A DNA stretch of 64,000 nt from Bacillota bacterium (GCA_030537155.1 JAUNOH010000004.1:30932-94931); one strand, 5' to 3'; positions 1 through 9,104 are shown, counted from the first letter of the stretch. Program-made: numbers and translations. Notes: a model not told the origin generated them from the letters alone.

Positions 1-20
1 TGAGTCAATTCCCTTTTCAT
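1..20 (-). CDS. 5' end of an unidentified gene that runs off the left edge (MKRELT...)
   Basis: ATG at 20-18 is preceded by AGGAGG (34-29) with 8 nt spacing. Only 6 codons are visible. Confidence 0.3.
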
Positions 21-25
21 GAAAA

Positions 26-90
26 ACTCCTCCTACCTATTAATGGAGGGAGAAATCGATTTTGTGTCAAAACTCGCGGAATTTTTTTCG
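26..90 (-). promoter_or_regulatory. Copy 1 of a conserved ~65-nt upstream module (A-tract, TTCCGCGAGTTTTGACAC, CCTCC...GGTAGGAGG)
   Basis: Near-identical blocks are shared with 29604-29668 (minus), and a diverged copy lies at 8594-8656 (plus). It sits between the valS terminator and the next ATG. Confidence 0.55.
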
Positions 91-92
91 CC

Positions 93-121
93 AAAAGGAA
101 AACCCCCGGGGTTTCCGGGGG
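93..121 (-). terminator. Intrinsic terminator of valS
   Basis: On the minus strand, CCCCCGG-loop-CCGGGGG forms a 7-bp GC stem followed by TTTTCCTTTT. Confidence 0.85.
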
Positions 122-128
122 TCGTATC

Positions 129-2708
129 TCAGAGTGATGAGAGCCTATCTTTGGCCTCTTCAAGCTTCTTTTTGTTGGATTCGAGCTTCTCCTTCTCGAC
201 GGCAACCTTCTCCTTGGGGGCCTTGGCGATGAAGCCGGGGTTGGAGAGCATCCTCTCCCCGCGGGAAACCTCGAATTCGAGGGTTTTTATCTCCTCCTCG
301 AGCCTCTTCCGCAAAGCCTGGGGATCGATGTCCTCGGCCACGAAGAGGGTCAGGGGTCCATAGATTAAGGGGGTGCCCCGGACCGGGGCCTTCGTCAATT
401 CGAAGTGGGCGAAGAGGAAACGCTCGAGGTAATCCTTCATCCAAATAGACATCCTCGGGCCCCTCAGATATAGCTTAACCGGGGCGTTTGGCGCCATCCC
501 GCGGTCGGACTTATAGCTTCTGACATCGCGGAGCATCATCCTGAGCAGATCGCCCCGCTTCTGGTTGAAGGGGCTATAGAGAGTCGCGTCATACTTGGGA
601 TATTCCTCGAGCATGATCGATTCCTTATGACCCGGGAGGGAGAGATAAAGCTCCTCGGCGATGAAGGGGGTGTAGGGATAAATCATCAAAATTATCTCCC
701 TGATGACCTTATAGAGGACGGATTTGACGGTTTCGGCGTATTCGGCGTCCCTCTGCATCGAGACTTTGCTCATCTCAAGGTAGAAGGAGCAGAAATCGTC
801 GTAGACGAAATCGTATAGGTAGGAGCTGGCCGCCCCGAATTCGTATTTCTCCATCTTGGAGGAGACTTTCCTGATGGTGTCTTCTAGCCTAGAAAGGATG
901 AAGCGTTCCAGGATGCCAAGGTTGGCCTTATCGATCTTTTTGGGGACGTAGTCCTCGCCGAGCTGCATTTCGACGTAACGGGTGGCGTTCCAGATCTTAT
1001 TGAGGTAGCTCTGGGCCGATTGTATCTTGGTTTCGCTATAACGCATATCCAAGCCCGGGGTGCTGTTGGTGGTGATGAAGTAGCGGAGGGCGTCGACGCC
1101 ATATTTATCGATGACGTCGATCGGATCGATGCCGTTTCCAAGCGATTTGGACATCTTCCTCCCCTGCTCATCGCGGATTAGGCCGTGGATGACGACGGTT
1201 TGGAAAGGCACCTTGTCGGTGAAATGGAGGCCCTGGAAGACCATCCTCGACACCCAGAAGAAGATGATGTCGTAGCCAGTGACCAAGACCGAGGTCGGGT
1301 AGTAACGCTTGAAGTCCTCACTCTCCTCATCTGGCCAGCCCAAAGTCGAGAAGGGCCATAAAGCCGAGGAGAACCAGGTGTCCAGGACATCCTCATCCTG
1401 GCGGTAGATATTCAAATCGGGGGTTTCCTCGGAAACCAAAATCTCGCCGGTTTCCTTGTGGTAATAAGCCGGGATGCGGTGTCCCCACCAGAGCTGGCGC
1501 GAGATGCACCAATCGTCGATCGAGCTCATCCAGCGAAGGAGGACCTTCTCGAAGCGCTTGGGCAAAAACTTGACGCCCTTCCCGCTATATTGGGTGGCCA
1601 AAACCTTATCGGCCAAAGGCTTCATCTTCACGAACCACTGCTTCGATAGCATCGGCTCGACGACGGTGCCGCTCCTCTCTGAATGGCCGACGGAGTGGAC
1701 CATCTTCTCGATGTGGTCGAGGTGGCCGCTATTTTTGATGTTTTCGACCAAGGCCTTCCGGCATTCATATCTATCCATGCCTTCATAGCCTTTGGCTATC
1801 GGGAGCATTTTCGCCGATTCATCGAGGCATTTGATGAGGGGCAGGTTGTACTTTTTGGATAGGGCGAAGTCATTGGGGTCGTGGGCTGGGGTGCATTTCA
1901 TGGCCCCAGTGCCGAAATCGATGTCGACGTAGGAATCGCCCATGATGGGGAGCTCATCCCCGTTGGCGGGGTTGATGACCTTCTTCCCGATCAGCGACTT
2001 GAAGCGCTTATCCTTCGGATTGACGAAGACGGCCACGTCGCCGAACATCGTCTCCGGGCGGGTGGTGGCGACGATAAGCTGTTTATCCTCCCCCACCACA
2101 TCGTATTTGAAGTAGAAGAATTCCCCCTCGTCGTCTTTATGCTCGACCTCGATGTTGCTCAGGGCCGTGCGGAGCTCGGGATCCCAGTTGATGATCCTCT
2201 CGCCCTGATAGATCAACCCCTCGTTATAGAGGGTGACGAAGACGTGCCTGACGGCTTTGGATAAACCCTCGTCGAGGGTGAACCTCTCGCGGGAATAATC
2301 GACCGAAAGTCCGAGTTTGGCCCACTGCTGGTGGATGGTTTTGGCATATTCGTCCTTCCATTCCCAGGCCTTGGCTAAAAATCCCTCCCTGCCGAGGTCG
2401 TAGCGGGAGATCCCCTGCTGGCGGAGCTTCTCCTCGACTTTGGCCTGGGTGGCGATGCCGGCGTGATCCATGCCAGGGACCCAGAGGACGTCGTAGCCCT
2501 TCATCTTCTTATAACGGACGGCGATGTCGTCGGGGATGGTGTCCATGACGTGCCCCAGATGGAGCTTACCGGTCACATTCGGGGGCGGTATGACCAGGGA
2601 AAAGGGCGGTTTGGATTTATCCAATCCGGCCTTGAAGTAATCGTTTTCGACCCAGCGTTGGTATTTGCCCTCTTCGACTTCCTTGGGCTCGTAATGGGTT
2701 TTTAGCAT
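129..2708 (-). CDS. valS: Valine--tRNA ligase
   Basis: 859 aa with the class I HIGH motif (PPPNVTGKLHLGH), KMSKS (KMSKSLGN), a C-terminal coiled coil and a T-box leader upstream. Confidence 0.97.
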   Translation of the reverse strand: MLKTHYEPKEVEEGKYQRWVENDYFKAGLDKSKPPFSLVIPPPNVTGKLHLGHVMDTIPDDIAVRYKKMKGYDVLWVPGMDHAGIATQAKVEEKLRQQGISRYDLGREGFLAKAWEWKDEYAKTIHQQWAKLGLSVDYSRERFTLDEGLSKAVRHVFVTLYNEGLIYQGERIINWDPELRTALSNIEVEHKDDEGEFFYFKYDVVGEDKQLIVATTRPETMFGDVAVFVNPKDKRFKSLIGKKVINPANGDELPIMGDSYVDIDFGTGAMKCTPAHDPNDFALSKKYNLPLIKCLDESAKMLPIAKGYEGMDRYECRKALVENIKNSGHLDHIEKMVHSVGHSERSGTVVEPMLSKQWFVKMKPLADKVLATQYSGKGVKFLPKRFEKVLLRWMSSIDDWCISRQLWWGHRIPAYYHKETGEILVSEETPDLNIYRQDEDVLDTWFSSALWPFSTLGWPDEESEDFKRYYPTSVLVTGYDIIFFWVSRMVFQGLHFTDKVPFQTVVIHGLIRDEQGRKMSKSLGNGIDPIDVIDKYGVDALRYFITTNSTPGLDMRYSETKIQSAQSYLNKIWNATRYVEMQLGEDYVPKKIDKANLGILERFILSRLEDTIRKVSSKMEKYEFGAASSYLYDFVYDDFCSFYLEMSKVSMQRDAEYAETVKSVLYKVIREIILMIYPYTPFIAEELYLSLPGHKESIMLEEYPKYDATLYSPFNQKRGDLLRMMLRDVRSYKSDRGMAPNAPVKLYLRGPRMSIWMKDYLERFLFAHFELTKAPVRGTPLIYGPLTLFVAEDIDPQALRKRLEEEIKTLEFEVSRGERMLSNPGFIAKAPKEKVAVEKEKLESNKKKLEEAKDRLSSL

Positions 2709-2711
2709 ATA

Positions 2712-2930
2712 AATCCCTCCAAATAAAAGGCCGCCTCCCTAGGGACGCGGCGCGCGGTACCACCCTATTTCCCCCATCCTTATATTTATGGGGGCTCTCG
2801 GCGATCTTAACGGGATCAACGTTTTCCTCACGAAGCGACTCGAGGCGCCCCCATAACCCCCTCGCAGCAACGGGGCTCTCTCCATATGGGAACCTCCCTC
2901 TCCCTCTTCGGTCGACGGAACATGGCTATT
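2712..2930 (-). promoter_or_regulatory. T-box riboswitch leader of valS
   Basis: The minus strand carries the T-box core AGGGTGGTACCGCG (2766-2753), then a GC hairpin plus CTTTTATTT just before the RBS GGAGGG and ATG. An AGAGAG stem I motif lies upstream. The 5' boundary is uncertain. Confidence 0.85.
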
Positions 2931-2945
2931 ATCGTCTTATTGTCG

Positions 2946-3515
2946 TTATTTTCCAACCAATTTGGCGATTTTTCCCTTCAGGGAATCCAAAGAGGCCTTA
3001 TCACCCTTGGAGTAGATGGCCTCGGGGATGCCATATTCCCCAGCCAGCCTTTTGGCCTTCGAGAGCTCGCTTTGGTTTAGGAGGTCGGCTTTCGTGACCA
3101 CGTAAATTAGGGGCTTCCCGAGGCTTTGGAGGTAGGAGAGGAACTTCTTATCATCCTCGCCCAGGGGATGGCGTAAGTCCAATAGGAGGACGATGCCGCG
3201 GAGGAAATTATCCTTGGCATACTCCTCCATCATCTTGGCGAAGTTGATGGTCGAGAGGTTGGCGTATATCGTCGAGCCATAGCCCGGGGCGTCGACCAGA
3301 TAGAAGCTATCGTCGATTAGAAAGTAATTGAGCAGCTTCGTCTTCCCGGCCTTTTTGGATGAGTAGGCGATCTTCTGCCCGGTCAAAGAGTTGATAAGCG
3401 TCGATTTCCCGACGTTGCTCCGGCCGATGAAAAGAATCGATGGCTTCCCATCTTTTGGGGCCTTAGAGGGGGAAGGCGCGCTGATGATATAACGCGCCTT
3501 CCTATAATCTATCAC
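2946..3515 (-). CDS. engB: Ribosome biogenesis GTPase EngB/YsxC
   Basis: 189 aa with the G1 motif GRSNVGKSTLINSL. It sits directly downstream of lon, as in Bacilli. Confidence 0.9.
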   Translation of the reverse strand: MIDYRKARYIISAPSPSKAPKDGKPSILFIGRSNVGKSTLINSLTGQKIAYSSKKAGKTKLLNYFLIDDSFYLVDAPGYGSTIYANLSTINFAKMMEEYAKDNFLRGIVLLLDLRHPLGEDDKKFLSYLQSLGKPLIYVVTKADLLNQSELSKAKRLAGEYGIPEAIYSKGDKASLDSLKGKIAKLVGK

Positions 3516-5869
3516 GCCTTCGCGTGGACAAGTGCGATGGCCAAGGCGTCGTCCACGCTCTTCATGAAGGAGATCTCGAGGACGGATTTGACCTCCTCAG
3601 GGAGTTCGGAGACGTCTTTGCGGTTATCCTCCGGCACGATGATGTGCTTGATGCCGGTCCTGGCCGCCGCCAATGACTTCTCGCGGAGCCCGCCGATGGG
3701 CAGGGCCTTGCCACGAAGGGTCACCTCCCCGGTCATGGCCACGTTGGCGTCCACCGGGGTATGGGTGAGGCAGGAGATGATGGCCGTGGTGATGGCCACA
3801 CCAGCCGAGGGGCCATCCTTGGGGACGGCGCCTTCCGGAACGTGGATGTGGATGTCGTTATTCTGGAAGATCTCGGAGTCGATGCCGTATTTATCGGCGT
3901 TGGCCCGGACGTAGTCGAGGGCGATGGTGGCGCTCTCCTTCATGACCTCACCCAGTTTCCCGGTGAGGACGAGACCGCCCTTGCCCTTGAAGTAATTGAC
4001 CTCGATCGGGAGGATATCCCCGCCGAATTCGGTGTAGGCCAAACCGGTGACGACGCCGACCTGATTCTCCTTCTCCTTCTTCGAGCCCTCGAATAACTCA
4101 ACGCCGAGGTACTCCTGCACCTTCTTGGCGTCAATGACGATGGGCTTTTGGACGTCTTTGTTGGAAAGCAGCTCCACGACGGCCTTCCGGCAGCAGGAGG
4201 CCAATAGCCTCTCCAACTGGCGGACGCCGGCCTCCATGGTGTAATGCTGGATGATTTCGGTGAGCGAATCCTCGGTGAAGGTGACGTCGCCCTCCTTCAA
4301 TCCGTTGGCCTCCATCTGCTTCTTGATGAGGAAGCCGGTGGCGATCTTCTTCTTCTCGATCTCGGTATAGGAGGGAACCTCGATAAGCTCAAGCCTATCC
4401 CTCAAGGGGGCGGGCACGTTTTCGAGGTAGTTGGCGGTCGCGATGAAGAGGACGTTGCTCAGATCGTAGGGTTCCTCGAGGTAGTTGTCGTTGAAGGCGA
4501 AGTTCTGTTCCGGATCCAAAACCTCCAATAGGGCCGACGAGGGGTCGCCATGGAGGGAGTTGCCACCAACTTTGTCGATCTCATCGAGCAAAAACACGGG
4601 GTTGATGGTCCCGGCCTTGGTCATGCCGTGGATGATGCGGCCCGGGATGGAGCCGACATAAGTCCGGCGATGGCCGCGGATCTCCGATTCATCGGAGACG
4701 CCGCCTAAGGCCGCCTTGAAGAACTTGCGGCCCAAAGCCCTGGCGATGGAGCGGCCCAAAGAGGTCTTGCCGCAGCCGGGCGGGCCATAGAAGCAGAGGA
4801 TGGGGGCTTTGAGGTTGCCCGTCATCTTCTTGACGGCGAGGTATTCGACGATCCTCTTCTTGACCTTCTCGAGGCCATAGTGGTCCTCATCCAAGATTTT
4901 GCGGACGTTATCGAGGTCGTCGTTATCCTCGGTCTTTTGATACCAGGGGGCATCGAGCAAAGTCTCGATGTAATTCATGCACAAAGAGGCCTCGAGGGAG
5001 TTCTCGGGTAATGACTCGAACTTCTTCAATTCCTTCTTTACCTTGGCCTTGACGTGCTCGGGGTAGGGATTGTTCTCTATCTTCTCCCGGATGGCGTCGC
5101 GGCTCTCCTGGTCGTCGCCGCCTTCGCCCAGCTCCTCGCGGATGGCCTTCATCCTCTCGCGGAGCATGTAGTCACGCTGGGCCTTCTCGGAGTTTTTGCG
5201 GACCTTGTCGTTGATGTCGGCGTCCACCTCGGCCATCTGCTTGGCCGAAGTCAAGACGTTGATCAATAGCTCAAGGCGCTTATTGACGTCTTCCTCCTCG
5301 AGGATGGCCTGCTTCTGCTCGATGGGGATCGGTAGATAGCCAGCCAGATTGTCGCAGAGGGCCGAGGAATCGACCCCGCGGGTGATGTTGGCGATGGCCG
5401 AGCGGGGGATTTCCCTTCCAATGGAGGGGGAAGATTCGATCTGCTCGACGATTTTCCTGATGAGGGCGGTCTCGGTGGAGGGGTCGTTATGGACGTCCTC
5501 GATGACCTCGCCATCGGCGATGTAGGCCCCATCCTCGCTGACGATGTTGGTAAGCCTCACCCTCTTGGAGCCGACCACCCTGATGCGGGTAAAGTTGGCC
5601 TGATTGGTGTAATTGATGATCCGGCAGAGGGTACCGGTGTGGTAGATATCCTCCTCGGTGGGGTTTTCGACGTTCCTATCCTTCTGGGTGACCACGAAGA
5701 TGAGGTTGCTGGTCTTGGCCTTGGCCATGTTGATGGCCGAAAGGGAAATCAGCCTCGCGGCCTCGATGCTTTCCGACATATTCGGGAAGATGACGAGGGA
5801 GGTGGTAACCAGCAAGGGGAGCGTCAGCTTCTTCTTGCCGGGTAGATTGGCGTTGTTGTTATCTGGCAT
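3512..5869 (-). CDS. lon: ATP-dependent Lon protease (LonA type)
   Basis: 785 aa with Walker A GPPGCGKTSLGRS and the catalytic Ser motif PKDGPSAGVAITTA. RBS is GGAAAGGAG. Confidence 0.97.
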   Translation of the reverse strand: MPDNNNANLPGKKKLTLPLLVTTSLVIFPNMSESIEAARLISLSAINMAKAKTSNLIFVVTQKDRNVENPTEEDIYHTGTLCRIINYTNQANFTRIRVVGSKRVRLTNIVSEDGAYIADGEVIEDVHNDPSTETALIRKIVEQIESSPSIGREIPRSAIANITRGVDSSALCDNLAGYLPIPIEQKQAILEEEDVNKRLELLINVLTSAKQMAEVDADINDKVRKNSEKAQRDYMLRERMKAIREELGEGGDDQESRDAIREKIENNPYPEHVKAKVKKELKKFESLPENSLEASLCMNYIETLLDAPWYQKTEDNDDLDNVRKILDEDHYGLEKVKKRIVEYLAVKKMTGNLKAPILCFYGPPGCGKTSLGRSIARALGRKFFKAALGGVSDESEIRGHRRTYVGSIPGRIIHGMTKAGTINPVFLLDEIDKVGGNSLHGDPSSALLEVLDPEQNFAFNDNYLEEPYDLSNVLFIATANYLENVPAPLRDRLELIEVPSYTEIEKKKIATGFLIKKQMEANGLKEGDVTFTEDSLTEIIQHYTMEAGVRQLERLLASCCRKAVVELLSNKDVQKPIVIDAKKVQEYLGVELFEGSKKEKENQVGVVTGLAYTEFGGDILPIEVNYFKGKGGLVLTGKLGEVMKESATIALDYVRANADKYGIDSEIFQNNDIHIHVPEGAVPKDGPSAGVAITTAIISCLTHTPVDANVAMTGEVTLRGKALPIGGLREKSLAAARTGIKHIIVPEDNRKDVSELPEEVKSVLEISFMKSVDDALAIALVHAKA

Positions 5870-5914
5870 GGTAAGTCTCCTTTCCGATGAATGAAGGCTT
5901 TATGCCTTCTTTTC

Positions 5915-7189
5915 TTATTGGTTATTGGCCATGACGAAGTCCTGGATCTTCTTCGACCTGAGGTCGGAGATCATCCTGTCCTTCTGGGGCTCAAGGGCCT
6001 TCTTCACGTCCTCGACGGGCATCTTATATTGCTCGGCGATGCGGGTGTATTCGGCCTCGACTTCCTCGTCGCTGACCTCGAGCTTCTCCTCGAAGCCGAT
6101 CTGCTGGAGGGCGAGGAACTCCTTGAGGTTTTTCTCGGCCTGGGCGCGGAAGGTGTCCATGACGACCTCTTCCTTCTGTCCGGTGACGTCGAGGTACTGC
6201 TGGAAGGTCAAGCCCTGCTGCTCGACGCGGTTTTTGAGGTCATCCTCGCTGTGGGCGGCCTCGTCGTTGATGATTTCCTGGGCGATCTCGATCTCGGCGT
6301 TGGCCACGATCTGGGAGAGGATGTCGTTAAAGTATTTGCGGTTGCTCTCGCTGACTTTGTTGGCCAATAGATCGGCCTCATTCTTCTTGCGGAGCTCCTC
6401 GACGGTCTTGACCTCGGCGATGCCCAAATCCAAGACGGCCTCGTCGTTTAATTCGGGGATCTTCTTCTCCTTGATCTCGTGGACGTGGCATTTGAAGGTG
6501 GCGTCCTTGCCGGCCAATTCGGCGACGTAGTTGGTCGGGAAGGTGATGGCGACATCCTTCTTCTCACCCGGCTTGACGCCAACTAAGCCCTCCTCGAATC
6601 CGGGGACGAATTGATGGGAGCCAAGCTCTAAGGAGAAGTTGCTGGCCTCACCGCCGTCGAAGGCCTTGCCATCGACGAAGCCCTTGAAGTCGAAGGTGAC
6701 GGTATCACCCATTTGGGCGGGACGGTCCACCACTTCCAAAGTCGCGGCCCTGGAGAGCTGATTCTTGATGGATTCCTCAACTTCCTCGGGGGTGACGGAG
6801 GGGGCTTCTTTCTCGGCCTTCAAACCCTTGTACTCGCCGAGTTTGACGTTGGGGAGCAGGGTGACGATGAACTGGAGCTCGAGCTCGGTGTTGGAGAGCT
6901 TGAGGACGTTGATCTTGGGCTGGGAATAGGGACGGATCTTATTGTCGGCCACGGCCTTGCCAAAGGTCGAGGGGGCGACTTCGTTGATCGCCTCATTGAA
7001 AAGCGAGTTGGGATCGATATGGGACGCCACGAGATTGCGGGGGGCGGCGCCTTTGCGGAAGCCCTTGATGGTGACGTTGGAGGCCAATTTGCTGAAGGCC
7101 TTCTCCTGGGCTTTCTTCCATTCCGCGGCGTCGACGTCGACGGTGATCTCGACCTGCGAGGGGGCGATTTTCTTGATGTTGTTGGACAT
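5915..7189 (-). CDS. tig: Trigger factor
   Basis: 424 aa with the ribosome-binding signature GFRKGAAP near the N-terminus and a central PPIase-like region. Confidence 0.95.
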   Translation of the reverse strand: MSNNIKKIAPSQVEITVDVDAAEWKKAQEKAFSKLASNVTIKGFRKGAAPRNLVASHIDPNSLFNEAINEVAPSTFGKAVADNKIRPYSQPKINVLKLSNTELELQFIVTLLPNVKLGEYKGLKAEKEAPSVTPEEVEESIKNQLSRAATLEVVDRPAQMGDTVTFDFKGFVDGKAFDGGEASNFSLELGSHQFVPGFEEGLVGVKPGEKKDVAITFPTNYVAELAGKDATFKCHVHEIKEKKIPELNDEAVLDLGIAEVKTVEELRKKNEADLLANKVSESNRKYFNDILSQIVANAEIEIAQEIINDEAAHSEDDLKNRVEQQGLTFQQYLDVTGQKEEVVMDTFRAQAEKNLKEFLALQQIGFEEKLEVSDEEVEAEYTRIAEQYKMPVEDVKKALEPQKDRMISDLRSKKIQDFVMANNQ

Positions 7190-7222
7190 TTGATTCTCTC
7201 TTTCTGAAAAATTGCAGTGATA

Positions 7223-7251
7223 AATATAGCACTATCTAAAGATAGAGCCAA
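7223..7251 (-). promoter_or_regulatory. Sigma-A-type promoter of tig (TTGGCT-17-TATATT)
   Basis: Minus strand: -35 TTGGCT (7251-7246), a 17-nt spacer and -10 TATATT (7228-7223). The spacer contains the palindrome CTATCT-AA-AGATAG. Confidence 0.6.
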
Positions 7252-7273
7252 AGGAAACGCAAAATAATGGATT

Positions 7274-8194
7274 CTAAAAGGTCAATGGTTGGCCATCTTC
7301 GAGGCATTTTTTGATCTCATCGGCCTTCTTCTGGGCCTCGAGGCGGGTGAGGTTATGAGCGTTTAGATACTCGGAGATATCGGCCTCGGCCTCCAAATAG
7401 GAGGCGGATAAAAGCGATAAACCCGCGAGCAGAAGGGGCTTATTCTCGCTCGGCTCGACCTCGGGGAAAATCTCGATGACGTATTGGTCGTATAGCGATT
7501 TGGCGATCTGATTGAGTGAGGTATCGCGGGTAATGGAGGATAGGGTGGACACATCCTTTTGATATATCTCCCCGGTATAGGGGGGCTCCAATTCCCCGGG
7601 GACCAGGTGATGGACGGCGCCCTTCTTCTCGAAATCTATCGGGGTTTTGTCGTTGAAGGAGAGGAGGACCAACAGGGCGAAGCTCCTGACCGAGTCGTTC
7701 CGCTTGGAGAGGGCGATTTCCCTGACCTTATCGGATAAATACCTATGCTCGGGTTTTAATCTCCCCAAAGCCTGAAGGACGGTGAAGTCATCGGGGGAGT
7801 TGAGGTCTTTCAATAACTGCCCCTCCCCCACTTCGGCCCGGCTATATTCGGCCCGCTCATTGGCCCGGATGTAGCCCTTAAGCCCACGCAGTGTCTCCTC
7901 GACCTCCTGGCTGACGTATGGGAGGTTGGAAAAATACTCTTCATCCTGATAGGCCTCGTCGAACATCTTCAGGGCAAAACGGAGCTCAAAATCCGATTTC
8001 ATGGTCCTGATGGGGTCTTCTTTCCAGAGGGACTCGCGGTTGGCGAGTAGAAGGTTGAGGGCCTTCTCGGCCTCTCCTTTGGCCGTATAGGCGGCCAGGC
8101 AATAGAAGATATCCTTGGGATCGTTCTTGCCTGAACAAAGCTCCAAAAGCTCGTCGTAGCGGCCTTGGCGGAAGAGGGTTTCGCAATCGTTCAT
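7274..8194 (-). CDS. Hypothetical helical protein, possibly DUF3196-like
   Basis: 306-aa ORF with no catalytic motif I recognise. It lies immediately upstream of tig-lon. There is no SD, and TATCAT sits 6 nt upstream of the ATG. Confidence 0.7.
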   Translation of the reverse strand: MNDCETLFRQGRYDELLELCSGKNDPKDIFYCLAAYTAKGEAEKALNLLLANRESLWKEDPIRTMKSDFELRFALKMFDEAYQDEEYFSNLPYVSQEVEETLRGLKGYIRANERAEYSRAEVGEGQLLKDLNSPDDFTVLQALGRLKPEHRYLSDKVREIALSKRNDSVRSFALLVLLSFNDKTPIDFEKKGAVHHLVPGELEPPYTGEIYQKDVSTLSSITRDTSLNQIAKSLYDQYVIEIFPEVEPSENKPLLLAGLSLLSASYLEAEADISEYLNAHNLTRLEAQKKADEIKKCLEDGQPLTF

Positions 8195-8323
8195 GGGGCT
8201 ATGATACCACCATCTGGAATTCGACGGCGCCCCAGCGAAAAAAATAATCCAAATTAGGCGCTTTCATATAGGCGATACGCGCGAAAATGACTATGATAAT
8301 TGGAAAGGAAAGGAGTTTCAGCA

Positions 8324-8557
8324 ATGGCGTATCTTAAGTGGATGAACAAGCAGAGTAGGTTGGTCAAGATCATCTTCTGCTTGCCGATCCTTGATATCCT
8401 TTGGGGAATTTACCGCGTCGTCGACACCATCGTGCACTTCAACCTTATTAGGTTGGTCTGTGCCATCCTTTGGTTGGTCTTCGGTGGTTTCATCCTCTGG
8501 GTCTTGGATCTTATCTGCATCATCCTCACGGGTCACATCTTCTGGTTCAAGGGCTGA
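8324..8557 (+). CDS. Small membrane protein with 2 predicted TM helices
   Basis: The ATG at 8324 has RBS AGGAAAGGAG 7 nt upstream; the ORF track starts at an in-frame TTG at 8300. It contains two long hydrophobic stretches and is followed by a strong terminator. Confidence 0.65.
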   Translation: MAYLKWMNKQSRLVKIIFCLPILDILWGIYRVVDTIVHFNLIRLVCAILWLVFGGFILWVLDLICIILTGHIFWFKG

Positions 8558-8575
8558 TCCTAGCTAAAACGAAGG

Positions 8576-8606
8576 AAGCCTGCGCGAGCGGGCTTTTTTC
8601 TTTTTT
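8576..8606 (+). terminator. Intrinsic terminator
   Basis: AAGCCTGC-GCGA-GCGGGCTT stem with a GNRA loop, followed by TTTTTTCTTTTTT. Confidence 0.85.
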
Positions 8607-8656
8607 CCACGAGTTTCGACGCTTTTTCGATTTTCGCGGATACCTTATGGTGGAGG
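8594..8656 (+). promoter_or_regulatory. Diverged copy 3 of the conserved upstream module
   Basis: TTCCACGAGTTTCGACGC matches 15/18 of the copy 1 core. It shares TCGATTT with copy 1 and ends in TGGTGGAGG. Confidence 0.4.
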
Positions 8657-8729
8657 CATATTCGTATGTCACCACCAAAACGGCCGCCAAGCCACCGCGG
8701 GGAACGGAAGAATGAAAGGGGGTCCAGTC

Positions 8730-8840
8730 ATGGATCTCGCCGGATTGGCCGAGCTGATATCCGCGATAGCGGAACTGCTGCTCGCCATAATGGCTGTACT
8801 TGGGTTCGCCGTCCGCCTTAAGAAGCGCGACGACGAATAA
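8730..8840 (+). CDS. Candidate 36-aa hydrophobic peptide (MDLAGLAELISAIAELLLAIMAVLGFAVRLKKRDDE)
   Basis: ATG with AAAGGGGG 7 nt upstream, one TM-length hydrophobic helix and a charged tail. It is below the 60-aa cutoff of the ORF track, and there is no homology evidence. Confidence 0.35.
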   Translation: MDLAGLAELISAIAELLLAIMAVLGFAVRLKKRDDE

Positions 8841-8872
8841 AAAAATGGGGCTAGTCCGCAAGGGCTAGCTCC
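8838..8872 (-). terminator. Minus-strand intrinsic terminator that converges on the small ORF
   Basis: 8-bp stem GGAGCTAG/CTAGCCCC (one G-U pair) followed on the minus strand by ATTTTTTTA. There is no U-tract on the plus side. Confidence 0.55.
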
Positions 8873-8957
8873 ACAAGTCCACCGACATCTTAGCACACCC
8901 CGCGGATAAATGGCACCCCGCCGGTGCTATGCCGCGAAGGCGGGGGAGGCCTTTTGG

Positions 8958-8983
8958 ATAAAGAAAAGCGGGATGAACCCGCT
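8958..8983 (-). terminator. Intrinsic terminator downstream of tRNA-Arg
   Basis: Minus strand AGCGGG-TTCAT-CCCGCT followed by TTTCTTTAT. Confidence 0.7.
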
Positions 8984-8995
8984 ATTTCCTTAATT

Positions 8996-9072
<77 letters not shown>

Positions 9073-9104
9073 AGCGGCTAATAATATAATCCCCGCGGGG
9101 GATT

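Noticed and set aside
5870-5914. CIRCE/HrcA operator upstream of lon, as in some Mollicutes.
   Set aside because: No TTAGCACTC-N9-GAGTGCTAA-like inverted repeat is present. There is only a short hairpin and the RBS.
8666-8821. 51-codon ORF (MSPPKRPPSHRGERKNERGSS...) that starts 9 nt after the GGTGGAGG of module copy 3, the position analogous to the genes behind copies 1 and 2.
   Set aside because: The Arg/Pro/Gly-rich composition looks like an off-frame artefact. The overlapping 36-aa hydrophobic ORF has its own SD and a more protein-like sequence. I keep it only as an alternative to test.
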